DNA of 63,189 bases, the filler included, from Globobulimina sp. (lineage: Eukaryota): NCBI GenBank assembly GCA_003354225.1. It is 26 parts of 26 records of this genome, joined end to end, with 100 filler letters (N's around TTAATTAATTAA, not from the genome) between each part and the next. Parts side by side here need not be neighbours in the genome. Positions count along the whole stretch, not along the records: positions 12,182 to 14,517 come from PIVH01007309.1; positions 14,618 to 16,953 come from PIVH01007310.1; positions 17,054 to 19,388 come from PIVH01007311.1; positions 19,489 to 21,823 come from PIVH01007312.1; positions 21,924 to 24,257 come from PIVH01007313.1; 21 more parts are not named here. One strand, 5' to 3'. Positions within the stretch are counted from its first letter, which is position 1. Each line of letters starts with the position of its first letter. The position numbers and the translations under genes are program-made. Positions 12,581 through 22,240 of the stretch are shown one piece after another. Below the pieces are notes generated by a model. That model was not told the origin of the DNA and searched no databases. It worked only from the letters and a program-made list of their open reading frames with translations.

Positions 12581-13852
12581 CTATCTGCCACCAAAATGCC
12601 TCTCTTGCGCACGTGGACAATCATCAGTTATATGCATGTTGGCAATACCGCATGTTTCACAATAATGCGGATAATAACAATTACGATAATTATATTTGTT
12701 ATCACAATTCAAATGACTGCGCGCGAAGAATCTGCACGCTTCAATGCCAAAATACTTATCCGCGATAAATGTCGATCCATTTTTATTTACATACATGTCA
12801 TCCCTACGACGCATATTCCGGTCGTTATTTCCTCTCGAATTCATATCATATTTATCACTCTGTCTGTCTCGTCGCTCTCTGCCACTGTCTCTACGTTCAT
12901 AGCCTCTGTTATTGCGCCGATCGGGTCGTCTATCATCACCATGGTTATATTTCTTATTTTTATTATCATCATGCCTACGACGCGCACCATAATCCGAATT
13001 ATTTGGCTTTCTTCTTTTATATGGTCTGAATGACTGATTATCTCTCCTTCTCTCGAATGGTTTGTTATTTCTATTTTTATATCTTAATTCCTTCAACGCT
13101 CTCTTTAAATGTATCGGACAATCCTTTTTCCAGTGATTTCCACCACAAACAAAACAGTCTACCTTTCTTTTCTCATTATTATGCTGTTTTAGATCATTCT
13201 GTTTCTGTTCAGGTTGTTGCTGTACACATTTTCCACCAAAATTTAGTGATTGTATGCATTCTGTCGAAAGATCCTGGATTACCAACACAGATTTTTCCCG
13301 CGATTTGCGCATTTGATTCCAATCATGCATAAATTCCGCGGTGTTCCATTGGATACGTTTTTGTTTATTATATTCACGATATTTACAGACAGAGAAAGCA
13401 ATGGCAGTAATCTGCCAAAAATCTGGCACAGCGACATTTTTATCATTTATTAATGGCACAATATTAATTTTAACAAAATCTCTCATTACACGTAAATTAT
13501 TCATGCAATACGAAATCATGCGTCCTTGATTTGGATTATCCGCAGAATTGGACCACAAAATATCAATGACTCTCTCAGTTACCGTCCGCCATACAATCAA
13601 GAAATTTGATTTATTTCTCAAGAACGCCGTCATTGCTTTTTTTAGCGTGGTACCAAATACTAAATGCAATTTCCAATACGATATCCACATTATTTTTATC
13701 AATGAGAAGATTGAACCATATCCATCCAATAACAAATGCATTAATTGATTAACAGACATATCAATTTCCACCTTTTTTGCTATTAAAATGCCATCAGTCT
13801 CCATTTTCTTTGTATTATATGCTTGTACTTTTATTTTTATTTTGTTACATAC
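12581..13852 (-). CDS. Gag-like nucleic-acid-binding protein (main exon/ORF)
   Basis: CFVCGGNHWKKDC knuckle; R/D/N-rich region; C-terminal CRFF..C..CYYPHYCETCG..H..C; first in-frame ATG at 13804. Confidence 0.75.
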   Translation of the reverse strand, partial: VCNKIKIKVQAYNTKKMETDGILIAKKVEIDMSVNQLMHLLLDGYGSIFSLIKIMWISYWKLHLVFGTTLKKAMTAFLRNKSNFLIVWRTVTERVIDILWSNSADNPNQGRMISYCMNNLRVMRDFVKINIVPLINDKNVAVPDFWQITAIAFSVCKYREYNKQKRIQWNTAEFMHDWNQMRKSREKSVLVIQDLSTECIQSLNFGGKCVQQQPEQKQNDLKQHNNEKRKVDCFVCGGNHWKKDCPIHLKRALKELRYKNRNNKPFERRRDNQSFRPYKRRKPNNSDYGARRRHDDNKNKKYNHGDDRRPDRRNNRGYERRDSGRERRDRQSDKYDMNSRGNNDRNMRRRDDMYVNKNGSTFIADKYFGIEACRFFARSHLNCDNKYNYRNCYYPHYCETCGIANMHITDDCPRAQERHFGGR

Positions 13853-13863
13853 ATATTTATTAT

Positions 13864-14089
13864 AATAATAGTTGATAATATACACATATTTTAGGAGTAG
13901 CACACAGAATCACGCGACTTCCATTTCACATTTGCTCATTGCTGCACCCACAACAACACAAATGCAGGGTAAGTCCGACCATATTTATAATGCTATCCAC
14001 AACAATGGATTAGAAATGGATGAATGTCTCAACATTCTCACTTTCCTCAAACTCGCGACCAGTAAAAGTTAGTGAGAATTAACAAACAT
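13864..14089 (-). ncRNA. Multi-stem structured RNA element between the two gag-region ORFs
   Basis: Stems 14034-14042/14071-14079 (9 bp perfect), 14024-14029/14084-14089, 13920-13927/14013-14020, 13995-13999/14006-14010, 13942-13950/13959-13967, 13877-13890. G-U pairs form only on the minus strand. Confidence 0.65.
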
Positions 14090-14100
14090 CGAACGTATAT

Positions 14101-14517
14101 TTAAAGTATGTTATCTCCACAAAAAATTGCCATCCAACGTACACACAAATAAGTAATGTAATACACAGATAATTTATTACATACTTGCTGCAATTTGGGC
14201 AATCGCCTGATTCCAACGAACATCCTGGTTCCAACTATGTCGTATAACACATCAACATTTTCGGAGATTGATTCCGTAATTAAGCGCCTCGAAGCTTTGG
14301 GCATTATCCATTTTACGACTTTCTTTCTATCCTCAACCGTAACCTGATAATTATAATTATCATTCCCTGCGATACCTTGCGATGCCACGAAATTATTTAA
14401 TTGCTGCATAGATGACACATTTTGCGGTTGCTGCTGATTATTTCTTTGCAATTGATTCAATAACGATATTAATTGCGATGCTTGGCTCGGACCTAAACCG
14501 CTGATTTGAATATTATC
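14101..14517 (-). CDS. Upstream gag exon/ORF (Q/N-rich), 5'-partial
   Basis: Open frame with a candidate donor CAA/gtatgt at 14184. Confidence 0.55.
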   Translation of the reverse strand, partial: DNIQISGLGPSQASQLISLLNQLQRNNQQQPQNVSSMQQLNNFVASQGIAGNDNYNYQVTVEDRKKVVKWIMPKASRRLITESISENVDVLYDIVGTRMFVGIRRLPKLQQVCNKLSVYYITYLCVRWMAIFCGDNIL

Positions 14518-14618
14518 NNNNNNNNNNNNNNNNNNNNNNNNNNNNNNNNNNNNNNNNNNNNTTAATTAATTAANNNNNNNNNNNNNNNNNNNNNNNNNNN
14601 NNNNNNNNNNNNNNNNNC

Positions 14619-14707
14619 CTATGTGGAGGACTATTTTTTAAATGAATTATAAATTTTATAATCTAGTCAGGGGAGGAGTGGGATGAGTACTTTTAATTAA
14701 TCCACGC
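14619..14707 (-). repeat. 89-nt conserved element, copy 1 (paralog of 16169-16257)
   Basis: Same length and shared blocks CTATGTGGAGG, AAATGAA.TATAAA, GAG.ACTTTT.ATTAATCCACGC. Confidence 0.8.
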
Positions 14708-14842
14708 TTCCAGCAGGCTTTTTGAAGTTTTAAGTATTAGTAGCTAAGAAAAAGTTAGTTGACAGGTGTCAATTCACAGTTGTGAAAAACATCACAGTTG
14801 TCAAGTTTTGGAAATGTTAAGAACTTCAAATTTATCGAGATG

Positions 14843-15109
14843 TCATACGACAGATCTCAAACCAACGCCATAAACCAGTCTCCATATAACCTTTGAACTT
14901 ATTCTAATGATTTTCGCGAGATTTGTCAACAATGAACCATCGAAATCAAACAGGTATACAATGCTCGAAATAAAAACAGATACAACTAATATTGCTAAAA
15001 ACGTAAATAGCATCCTTTGACAGAATGATATTGATGTGTTTTGGGCATATTCTGTGATTACAGGCTTTATATCGGATAAAGGGTTTATGCGCTTCTTTGT
15101 TACAGCCAA
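14843..15109 (-). CDS. Possible small membrane protein
   Basis: 88-codon frame with one hydrophobic segment; start is not ATG. Confidence 0.25.
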   Translation of the reverse strand: MAVTKKRINPLSDIKPVITEYAQNTSISFCQRMLFTFLAILVVSVFISSIVYLFDFDGSLLTNLAKIIRISSKVIWRLVYGVGLRSVV

Positions 15110-15612
15110 TGGAGTCTTATTACATATTCTTTTTTCACTTGCAAAAACATATTTGTTTTGTATTTATTTTGAACAATGTGTGAGTTCTAATTAGTTGGTG
15201 TGGGTTATACTTATTTCGTGTGCGGGAGGTGTGTGTTATCCATTTTGTTCGTGTGCGCGTCACTTGTTTCTGGTGTGTGTTTCACTTTTTTCTTGTGTAT
15301 GCGCGTTATTTTTTTTGCAGTAAATTGTTTCTTTCTTATTATAGATTTGTTTTTTGCAATTTGATTCATGCTAAAAATATAACCGCATGCGGATATTGGA
15401 AAGCGAAGACGAAGAAATACGTAAATTTTATGGTGACCCATAAGGTCTCAGTTGATCGTATCGTGGATTATTAGAAGAAAACAAAGCGATTTTGGGCAAA
15501 CCGAAGCCATACATATTGGATCGAGATTATTTTGGCGACGAAAGAAGAATAAATTTAGTGGTTATTACGAATTCCATTTAGTGGTTTTATGAAGGAAAAT
15601 GAACAGAAAAAT

Positions 15613-15694
15613 GGTCACCTAGCTCAATTGGCAGAGCAGTGGTTTGAATGGAATAGAAACCAAATGGATGTAGGTGCGAATCCTACGGTGAGAG
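15613..15694 (+). pseudogene. tRNA-like gene (Phe-GAA-like, expanded anticodon loop)
   Basis: A box TAGCTCAATTGGCAGAGC; T-arm GTAGG-TGCGAAT-CCTAC; acceptor stem 5/7 paired; loop TT-GAATGGAATAG-AA. Confidence 0.75.
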
Positions 15695-16071
15695 GAATGG
15701 AATGGAATGTTGGTACCATATTGCTGTCTCTGCCGGTTGTGTCAGTCTCATATATATGTTGTCAGTCTCATTGCGCCTTAATTATGTAATATATTATTAT
15801 ATGACATTTATAATTTAACAGTGTATAATTAATGATTTTTTATGGTCGTACGGTTTAATTTTTTCAAATTTTTAATATTTATAATATGTATGCCAATATT
15901 TATAATATGTATACATATTTGCGGATATCAATTAATGCCAAAATTACTAGCAATGCGTCAATAATACCAAACAAATATGAATATAAACAATATCCCGTTG
16001 TGCTGAATCCAATGATATAATAAGCTTTCTTTTTATCACAACAAAATCCAAATCCATTGAATAATGATTTG

Positions 16072-16138
16072 TTGCCGCCACAGGATTTGAACCTGTATCT
16101 TCTGGATTAATCCAGTGCTCTGCTTGAGCTATGCGACC
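16072..16138 (-). pseudogene. tRNA-like gene lacking the anticodon triplet
   Basis: GGTCGCA-TA-GCTC AAGCA GAGC-A-CTGGA TTAA TCCAG-AAGAT-ACAGG TTCAAAT CCTGT-GGCGGCA. Confidence 0.8.
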
Positions 16139-16168
16139 ATTTCTGTTCCATTTGTCATTATCGATTTT

Positions 16169-16257
16169 CTATGTGGAGGTTTGTTTTTCAAATGAAATAT
16201 AAACCATATGACGAGACAGTAGAGGCAATAGAGTGAGGACTTTTTATTAATCCACGC
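16169..16257 (-). repeat. 89-nt conserved element, copy 2, ending 30 nt upstream of the tRNA-like gene
   Basis: Paralog of 14619-14707. Confidence 0.8.
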
Positions 16258-16699
16258 TGCTGGCAAGCAATCCTCTTAGACATAAGTAGACATTAAAAGT
16301 AACAGTTTTAAAAAATACTTAGTTGGACTTAGTCTAATCAAATCCATTTTTTGGCGATCCATTTTTTCCTAAAATGATACTTTTGTAAAGATATGCATCA
16401 TGATACTTTTTGATGGAGTGAAAAAATATTGGCGCATATTTTGCGGATCAGCAATGTGGAGCTTTTGATATGTTTTGCGGAACCATCTTGGAGGCGCAGT
16501 CACTCAGATTGAAGTGGTTGAGTCGCAGTTTTCGAACCGTATAACCGCATAGGGGAGCAAGTATACAGTTGTTCCGCAACATTTCTAAGACGAACAAATA
16601 TAGAATAATATAAAGATAAGTAAAGGTACTACGGGTACCAGATGACAAATATCGTTCAACATGAATACAAAAAACAGACAAAAAAAAACATCGCACTTC

Positions 16700-16953
16700 A
16701 CTGCAGTTGTTTTCATTGTTGTGATCGGAATATATCTCTTTCAATTTGGTTTGATTCAACGTGATAAACAAACTCATTTCATCAATAACCTTTGCTGGAT
16801 CCCTCACCAAATCTTTATAAAAATATACAAAAACGTTGTTCCTGATTTGGCCAATCCTCTGATGATAAATATGTCGCAAGTGGGAGAGTTTAATTGTAGC
16901 GATGCTTGGTGTCGAAGAGTATGCAACTTTTCATAGCGAGAGCTGCGGCGCAA
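16700..16953 (-). pseudogene. Sulfotransferase remnant with an internal deletion
   Basis: PAPS loop DIFIIRGLAKSGTTFL runs directly into the late motif VYFYKDLVRDPAKVI..F in another frame. Confidence 0.7.
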
Positions 16954-17457
16954 NNNNNNNNNNNNNNNNNNNNNNNNNNNNNNNNNNNNNNNNNNNNTTA
17001 ATTAATTAANNNNNNNNNNNNNNNNNNNNNNNNNNNNNNNNNNNNNNNNNNNNTGATATTTTGGGTTAATTCCTGCCCGGGAAATAACATTTGAGCCATT
17101 TCATTGCGGTGAAGGCTGTTTTTTTATCTAAAAAACTTTCTTACTTTGTTCAAACTTCAGTTAATGCTCGTTAGTACGTTTCATGTTTACTTTTTTTGGG
17201 TCGTGTTTTTGTTGTCTGGATAACTATTTGTATTATAAATGAATCAAAATGCGAAAACTGCAAACCACAGCAAAGCAGGCTGTTCAACATATGGTTGCCC
17301 TTCAACAACAAACACGATCCCAAAAAGAATACAGTCTCTATATGAATGCAACAACAATTACAATATTTCAGGTGTCATTTGGATCACAATTATTGATTGG
17401 ATAGCCACGCAAAATCGCAGATTACTAGAATCAACTTGAAATATTTTGTTTGAAAAA

Positions 17458-17814
17458 ATGGCAGAAAGTTCTCAACCCTTAAAAAAGGCAATAGATGTCA
17501 TGGAAGTACAGCAAACCATTGAAAAGGAAATAGCAGAAATACTTCAGGATCACAAATTTGATGCAAAAAAAGTGCAAGTATGGTGTCAACAAATTGTGAA
17601 AGCAGTTTTAAAGAGATTAGTAGAGAATAACAAGCAGCAAGAATTCCAATACAAATATGTTGTAAATGCAGTGATTTTGGAGCGAACTGGAGCCGGCTTA
17701 CATTCTACGTCTTCATGTTTATGGGATAAAGCCTCTGACACTTCAGCATCGGCGCAATGGAGCAATGAAACAATGTATTGTGTCTGCAGTGTATGGGCCC
17801 TACGATGTAATTAA
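17458..17814 (+). CDS. DYNLT1: Dynein light chain, Tctex-1 family
   Basis: YKYVVNAVILERTGAGLHSTSSCLWD..D..W.NETMYCVCSVW. Confidence 0.93.
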   Translation: MAESSQPLKKAIDVMEVQQTIEKEIAEILQDHKFDAKKVQVWCQQIVKAVLKRLVENNKQQEFQYKYVVNAVILERTGAGLHSTSSCLWDKASDTSASAQWSNETMYCVCSVWALRCN

Positions 17815-17966
17815 CATAAATAACTTCTCTTTTCTTCCTTTTTTTATTATACACCACTGTGCCACACTCATTGTTTTCTTTTTAATATCAATCATTTTGT
17901 TCAAATTTTTGTTTTGTTTCGACGTACGTACAATCTGTGCAAGGATATGTTAAAAAAAAAATAGTA

Positions 17967-18945
17967 TCATAAATTCGATTTAAGGCAAGGCTTTTCTTGC
18001 TTTATATTAGGAAATAAGTGATTAAATATGTATAGCATCAGTATGACCAATAATAGTTTTTGTGTCAGTGTCAGTTCACTAAACATGTCCAAAACTTTTT
18101 GCAATGTCGTTACACTGCTTTTCTCCGATGAACTGCTTGAAGCAAGTGGTAGTGTGATAATTTTAAATAAATCCTCTGAGTGTTGCGCCATAGTTACAAA
18201 GTCTTTAATGGTGAGTGATCCTAAATTGTTTAGCATGATATCCTTGTGTTGTGTGCTTGAATTTGCATCATTGAGTAAGAAGTGCTTATATTTATCATTT
18301 ACTTTGATCAATTTGTCCATAATAGCATCAGAGCACACCCATTGTCTGTTTTTTATATGCTTTCCTGTGAATGTATCCTTTTTATTCTCTGTTAGATTGA
18401 CTCGGATTTTTTTAAATGGTATTTTAATGGGAGTCCAATTCAATAGAATTAATCGCAAAACAAAATCAAAAACACGAACTAAATCATATTTCTCTCCGAT
18501 GAGAGACCAACATTTATTTAGGAATTGATCCTTCTCATTTGGTGACAATAGCGGTCGTAAGACCAATGGAGACCTTTTTGGTTCTAATAAACGTATCAAT
18601 GATAATGTGCGTATGCGACCGGGACCAATATGTAATACCAATTTATTGTTTAATACAACTGCGATGTGATCAAATGGTTCCGATGTACATGCACGTAATA
18701 GATTGTATACTGTAGATGGCGTACGGTTTAATATTAAGTCTCCTGGCTTGATCAAGGATAGATTTGGTGCAACTTTGGAAGCAATTCTGTACGTACACAG
18801 GTTAAATGAATGTCAAAATAATATATTTTTTGATATATAGTACTTGCTTTGGATCATATCCTTGTTCTCCCTCTGGTATTGCTGCTAAAGCATCCGGAGC
18901 AAATATTTTGATTAATACTGACGCGACTCTCTCTGCGTACATCAT
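17967..18945 (-). CDS. Permuted papain-like amidase (YiiX/YebB, peptidase C92-like); 2 exons
   Basis: PGDLIL, FDHIAVV, IGEKYD, WVCSDAI (His before Cys); intron 18847-18787 is GC-AG and restores the frame. Confidence 0.75.
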
Positions 18946-19004
18946 TCAGCAAAATGGAGCAATTTTCAAAAGGGTGCTAGAGTAGCTTATATATATATTT
19001 AATA

Positions 19005-19388
19005 ATGGCATTGTCAACTGACGATGAGAAACTCTGTTTGAATGATGTTGAATCGCATTTTCAAAAAGAAATGGGCAACGAACCACATACACTCAAACAG
19101 ATGCTCAGTTTCTGTAAACAAAATCAGTTTAGCTTTAAATACAAAGAGATCAATCAATGGTGGACCAGAAGAACAGCGGCCATTCGAATACGGAAACAGT
19201 ATAATACAGGTATTTGTGAATAGCGTTTTTTTGTTTTTAAGCGTTAACCAACAACGTTATGCAGATTCAGATCCTAAATCGTGGAAAGCAGAGACATGGC
19301 TAATGATATTTTCCCGATCAAAACAAGAATTGTTTCCGGGTAAAATCCAAAGAGAAATTGGGGACAATTGGTTAATTGTCAAATATAA
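19005..19388 (+). CDS. Protein with a Tudor/Agenet-like module, 3'-partial, 1 intron
   Basis: WKAETWLMIFSRSKQELFPGKI..WLIVKY resembles the N-terminus of the 59141 gene. Confidence 0.55.
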
Positions 19389-19488
19389 NNNNNNNNNNNN
19401 NNNNNNNNNNNNNNNNNNNNNNNNNNNNNNNNTTAATTAATTAANNNNNNNNNNNNNNNNNNNNNNNNNNNNNNNNNNNNNNNNNNNN

Positions 19489-20414
19489 ATGCGGTCGGAT
19501 GGAATGATTGTAATCAATTTGGTATAAAAACAAATAGGCAAAAGAATAATAAATGGACACCAATTAATACAACATTATCGATTCGAAAAGTAGCCACAGC
19601 AGAGGCATATACAACATTTCTAAGTACAAATGGTAAAATATATGTTGCCGGTTATGATGATGGTTATGGTGGTTTAGGATTAGGAAAAGATATTGAATCA
19701 TCGCCAAATATTCAAGAAATTCAAACAAAAATAAAATTTAAGAATATATATTGTGGATGTGATCATAGCTTAGCAATTGATGATAATTATGGTGTTTGGT
19801 CGTGGGGATATGGTGGATATGGTAGGTTAGGTCATGGCGATGCGAATAATAGATATCTACCAAAAAGAATACAATATTTGATTCAAAACAATATTAAAAT
19901 TGGCAAAATATGTTGTGGCTATTCACATAATATATTACTATCATTAAATAACAAAGTTTTGATCTGTTTCTGTTGTGTTTATTTATTTTTATATTGTTTC
20001 GTCTGTCATATACAAATATATTTGAATAAATAAATAAATAAGATCTATTGTTTTGGATTCAATGCGTCGTATCAATGTGGCAATGGTTCAAATAAAACTG
20101 TATATTTACCACAACCAAATGAAACATTAAAAAAAGAAACAATTATTGATATTAAATGTGGTTATTATCATAATATTATTAAAACAGCGGATAACAAATA
20201 TTATTTATGGGGATATAACAAATATAATCAATGTTTATATGATCGTCCAAAATATATTAAAAAACCAAAATATATTAAAAAACCATTATTATTTAATTCA
20301 AATTATTTTGCTGTGGATGAAGAAATCCTTGAAATGTATCCAGGTTTTAATGAAACACGAATGATAATTGGAAATTTTAAAGCAAATAACGAAGATGAAA
20401 ATGATAATTTATGA
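19489..20414 (+). CDS. RCC1-repeat protein, 5'-partial (missing from the ORF track)
   Basis: CGCDHSLAID..VWSWGYGGYGRLGHG, CCGYSHN, YCFGFN..QCG; intron 19956-20042. Confidence 0.92.
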
Positions 20415-20509
20415 TTTATTGTTTCTTTAATTAAACATTTAAAACTGTTTTTGGTTTTTTTTTAGTACGTAAGTCTTAGTTGGATGTAGTCAATTATAAA
20501 TAAGTCAAG

Positions 20510-20613
20510 ATGGTTAGAGAAATAATAACATTGAGTATTGGTCAAGCTGGTATTCAATTATCAGAATGTGTTTGGAAACAATATTGTATTGAACATAGTT
20601 AGGATATGATGGC
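20510..20613 (+). pseudogene. TUBA: Divergent alpha-tubulin N-terminal fragment
   Basis: MVREIITLSIGQAGIQLSECVWKQYCIEH, then a frameshift (GYDG in another frame); rest of gene absent before the next ORF. Confidence 0.85.
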
Positions 20614-20987
20614 ATTCATCGATTTCGTATGTTCGATTCATCTCTATCTCTAGATCAGTTTCTGTTGAAACTATCTCTATCTCTGTCTCTTGCACATTTT
20701 TATTCATGGTGTACGATGTTTGTCTGTGGCTTGATCCAATTGGTTCATTTGGAGTTGCAAGAACCGGAATAATTTTGTGTATTACATATTGTGCAGCAAA
20801 GCAATTATTTTATTGGTGGACTGAAAAAAAGGAGAAAGTCTATGTTTTGGGGAATTTCAAAAAATTATGGTGGACATACGTATTGTTTTGTCCTTAAAAT
20901 ATATGTGTAAAAATTGTGTTGTTTGCATGTGCTTATTATTTAATGCCATGTAAAATTTTCTCAAAGTAAAAATATTTCACTCAAAGC

Positions 20988-21823
20988 ATGGCAAATGTTT
21001 GGGATTTAGGTTTAGAAATTCGATTCTATTCAGCGTGGTTGGGTATTTTTATAATGCTATGTTTGTTGCATCCAATAACAAAACAATTATTAAAACGGAG
21101 ACCGGTGTGTGCAACGACAGCAACGAAACAAAAATCTGAATATCCGTCTCAATCGGATAGGGAAACAGATGATGGAAACGAAGAAAATCACAAATATGCA
21201 CCTTTTATTTTGTCATTTTATGCATTTGCAAGCGTGGTTTGTGCATTGATACACTTATTATTTGTGGGTATATTTTTTTCTGGACTGCATTTTCATATTA
21301 TATTGAATGATAATTTATGCAATTTTGTTTATTCAACACTGTACCATGCATATAACACATCATTATACTTTTATTTTATGTTTATGTTATATCGAATTCG
21401 TATCGTATTTCGTGAACCAGAATCACTAAAACTACAGAAAAAACAATATTTTTTAATCTTGGCAGTGATTCACATTTTATTTGCTGTCAAAATATTCTTG
21501 AGCTGTTTATCGACATTTGTATGGAATGATGAATTTCATTTTTGTGTGTTTCTGATCGATCCGACCGTTCTTTCCATATTTTATTATGTCAAATACTGTG
21601 GTGATTCACTGGTGATTTTATTATTATTCGTTATGTTTACTAAAAGATTGTTTGCATTAACTCGGCAAAACGAGAGTGTCAATAACTTGATAAAAAGAAC
21701 TATTTTCTTTGGTTTATTAGCTTGCGTCACATCATTATGTGTATCAATTGGTAAATTATGTGGATTTCCTACTGAATATTTGGTGAATATCGATCAAACC
21801 ATTAACTGTTTTTGCATCGCGTT
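20988..21823 (+). CDS. Divergent 7TM/GPCR-like membrane protein, 3'-partial
   Basis: About 7 hydrophobic segments; F.KRL..K.TI..D..NC.CI pattern shared with 61236-62108. Confidence 0.65.
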
Positions 21824-21923
21824 NNNNNNNNNNNNNNNNNNNNNNNNNNNNNNNNNNNNNNNNNNNNTTAATTAATTAANNNNNNNNNNNNNNNNNNNNN
21901 NNNNNNNNNNNNNNNNNNNNNNN

Positions 21924-22181
21924 ATTATTTATCCATTTTGGTTCAATCGGTTCACTATGTTTTGGATTTCTTTTCTTTACTCCTTGTTTAATACATTCAA
22001 CATGTTCTGGATATGGTTCAAAGCCAAATACTTGTAAGTTTTCTTCTCGTTTTAACCAATAACCTGAATGAGGTGCATTATATGATAATCCAATATCAAT
22101 TTTTACGTGTTTGGTATTTTCTAGTAATTTAATTTTATTGTTTTCAAATTGAATGTTATTTAGTTGTAGAAAAGATTTCAT
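21924..22181 (-). CDS. FkbM-like SAM methyltransferase, 3'-partial (giant-virus type)
   Basis: VKIDIGLSYNAP..WL..VFGFEP; intronless; 59-nt intergenic spacer. Confidence 0.7.
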
Positions 22182-22211
22182 TTTATAATATACGATAATA
22201 TATTATAAAAT
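22180..22211 (-). terminator. Mimiviridae-type hairpin 3'-end signal
   Basis: Perfect 13-bp stem ATTTTATAATATA/TATATTATAAAAT with a 6-nt loop, about 30 nt after the lectin stop. Confidence 0.7.
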
Positions 22212-22240
22212 ATTTAATTATTCTAAAAATCATATTTTAT

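Larger units (their letters stand above)
12182..14517 (-). mobile_element. Internal gag region of a probable tyrosine-recombinase retrotransposon (DIRS/Ngaro/PAT-like)
   Basis: Gag-like ORF with a zinc knuckle, an Arg-rich tract and a terminal CCCH+CCHC finger pair; no RT in this contig. Confidence 0.6.

Noticed and set aside
12596-13748. Plus-strand ORFs overlapping gag, and similar short antisense ORFs elsewhere in the track
   Set aside because: Shadow frames of real genes with no motifs.
13860-14184. Group I or group II intron
   Set aside because: No P7/R-S or domain V consensus is visible and the looped ORF is gag-like. The contig ends just after the 3' arm, so this is not fully excluded.
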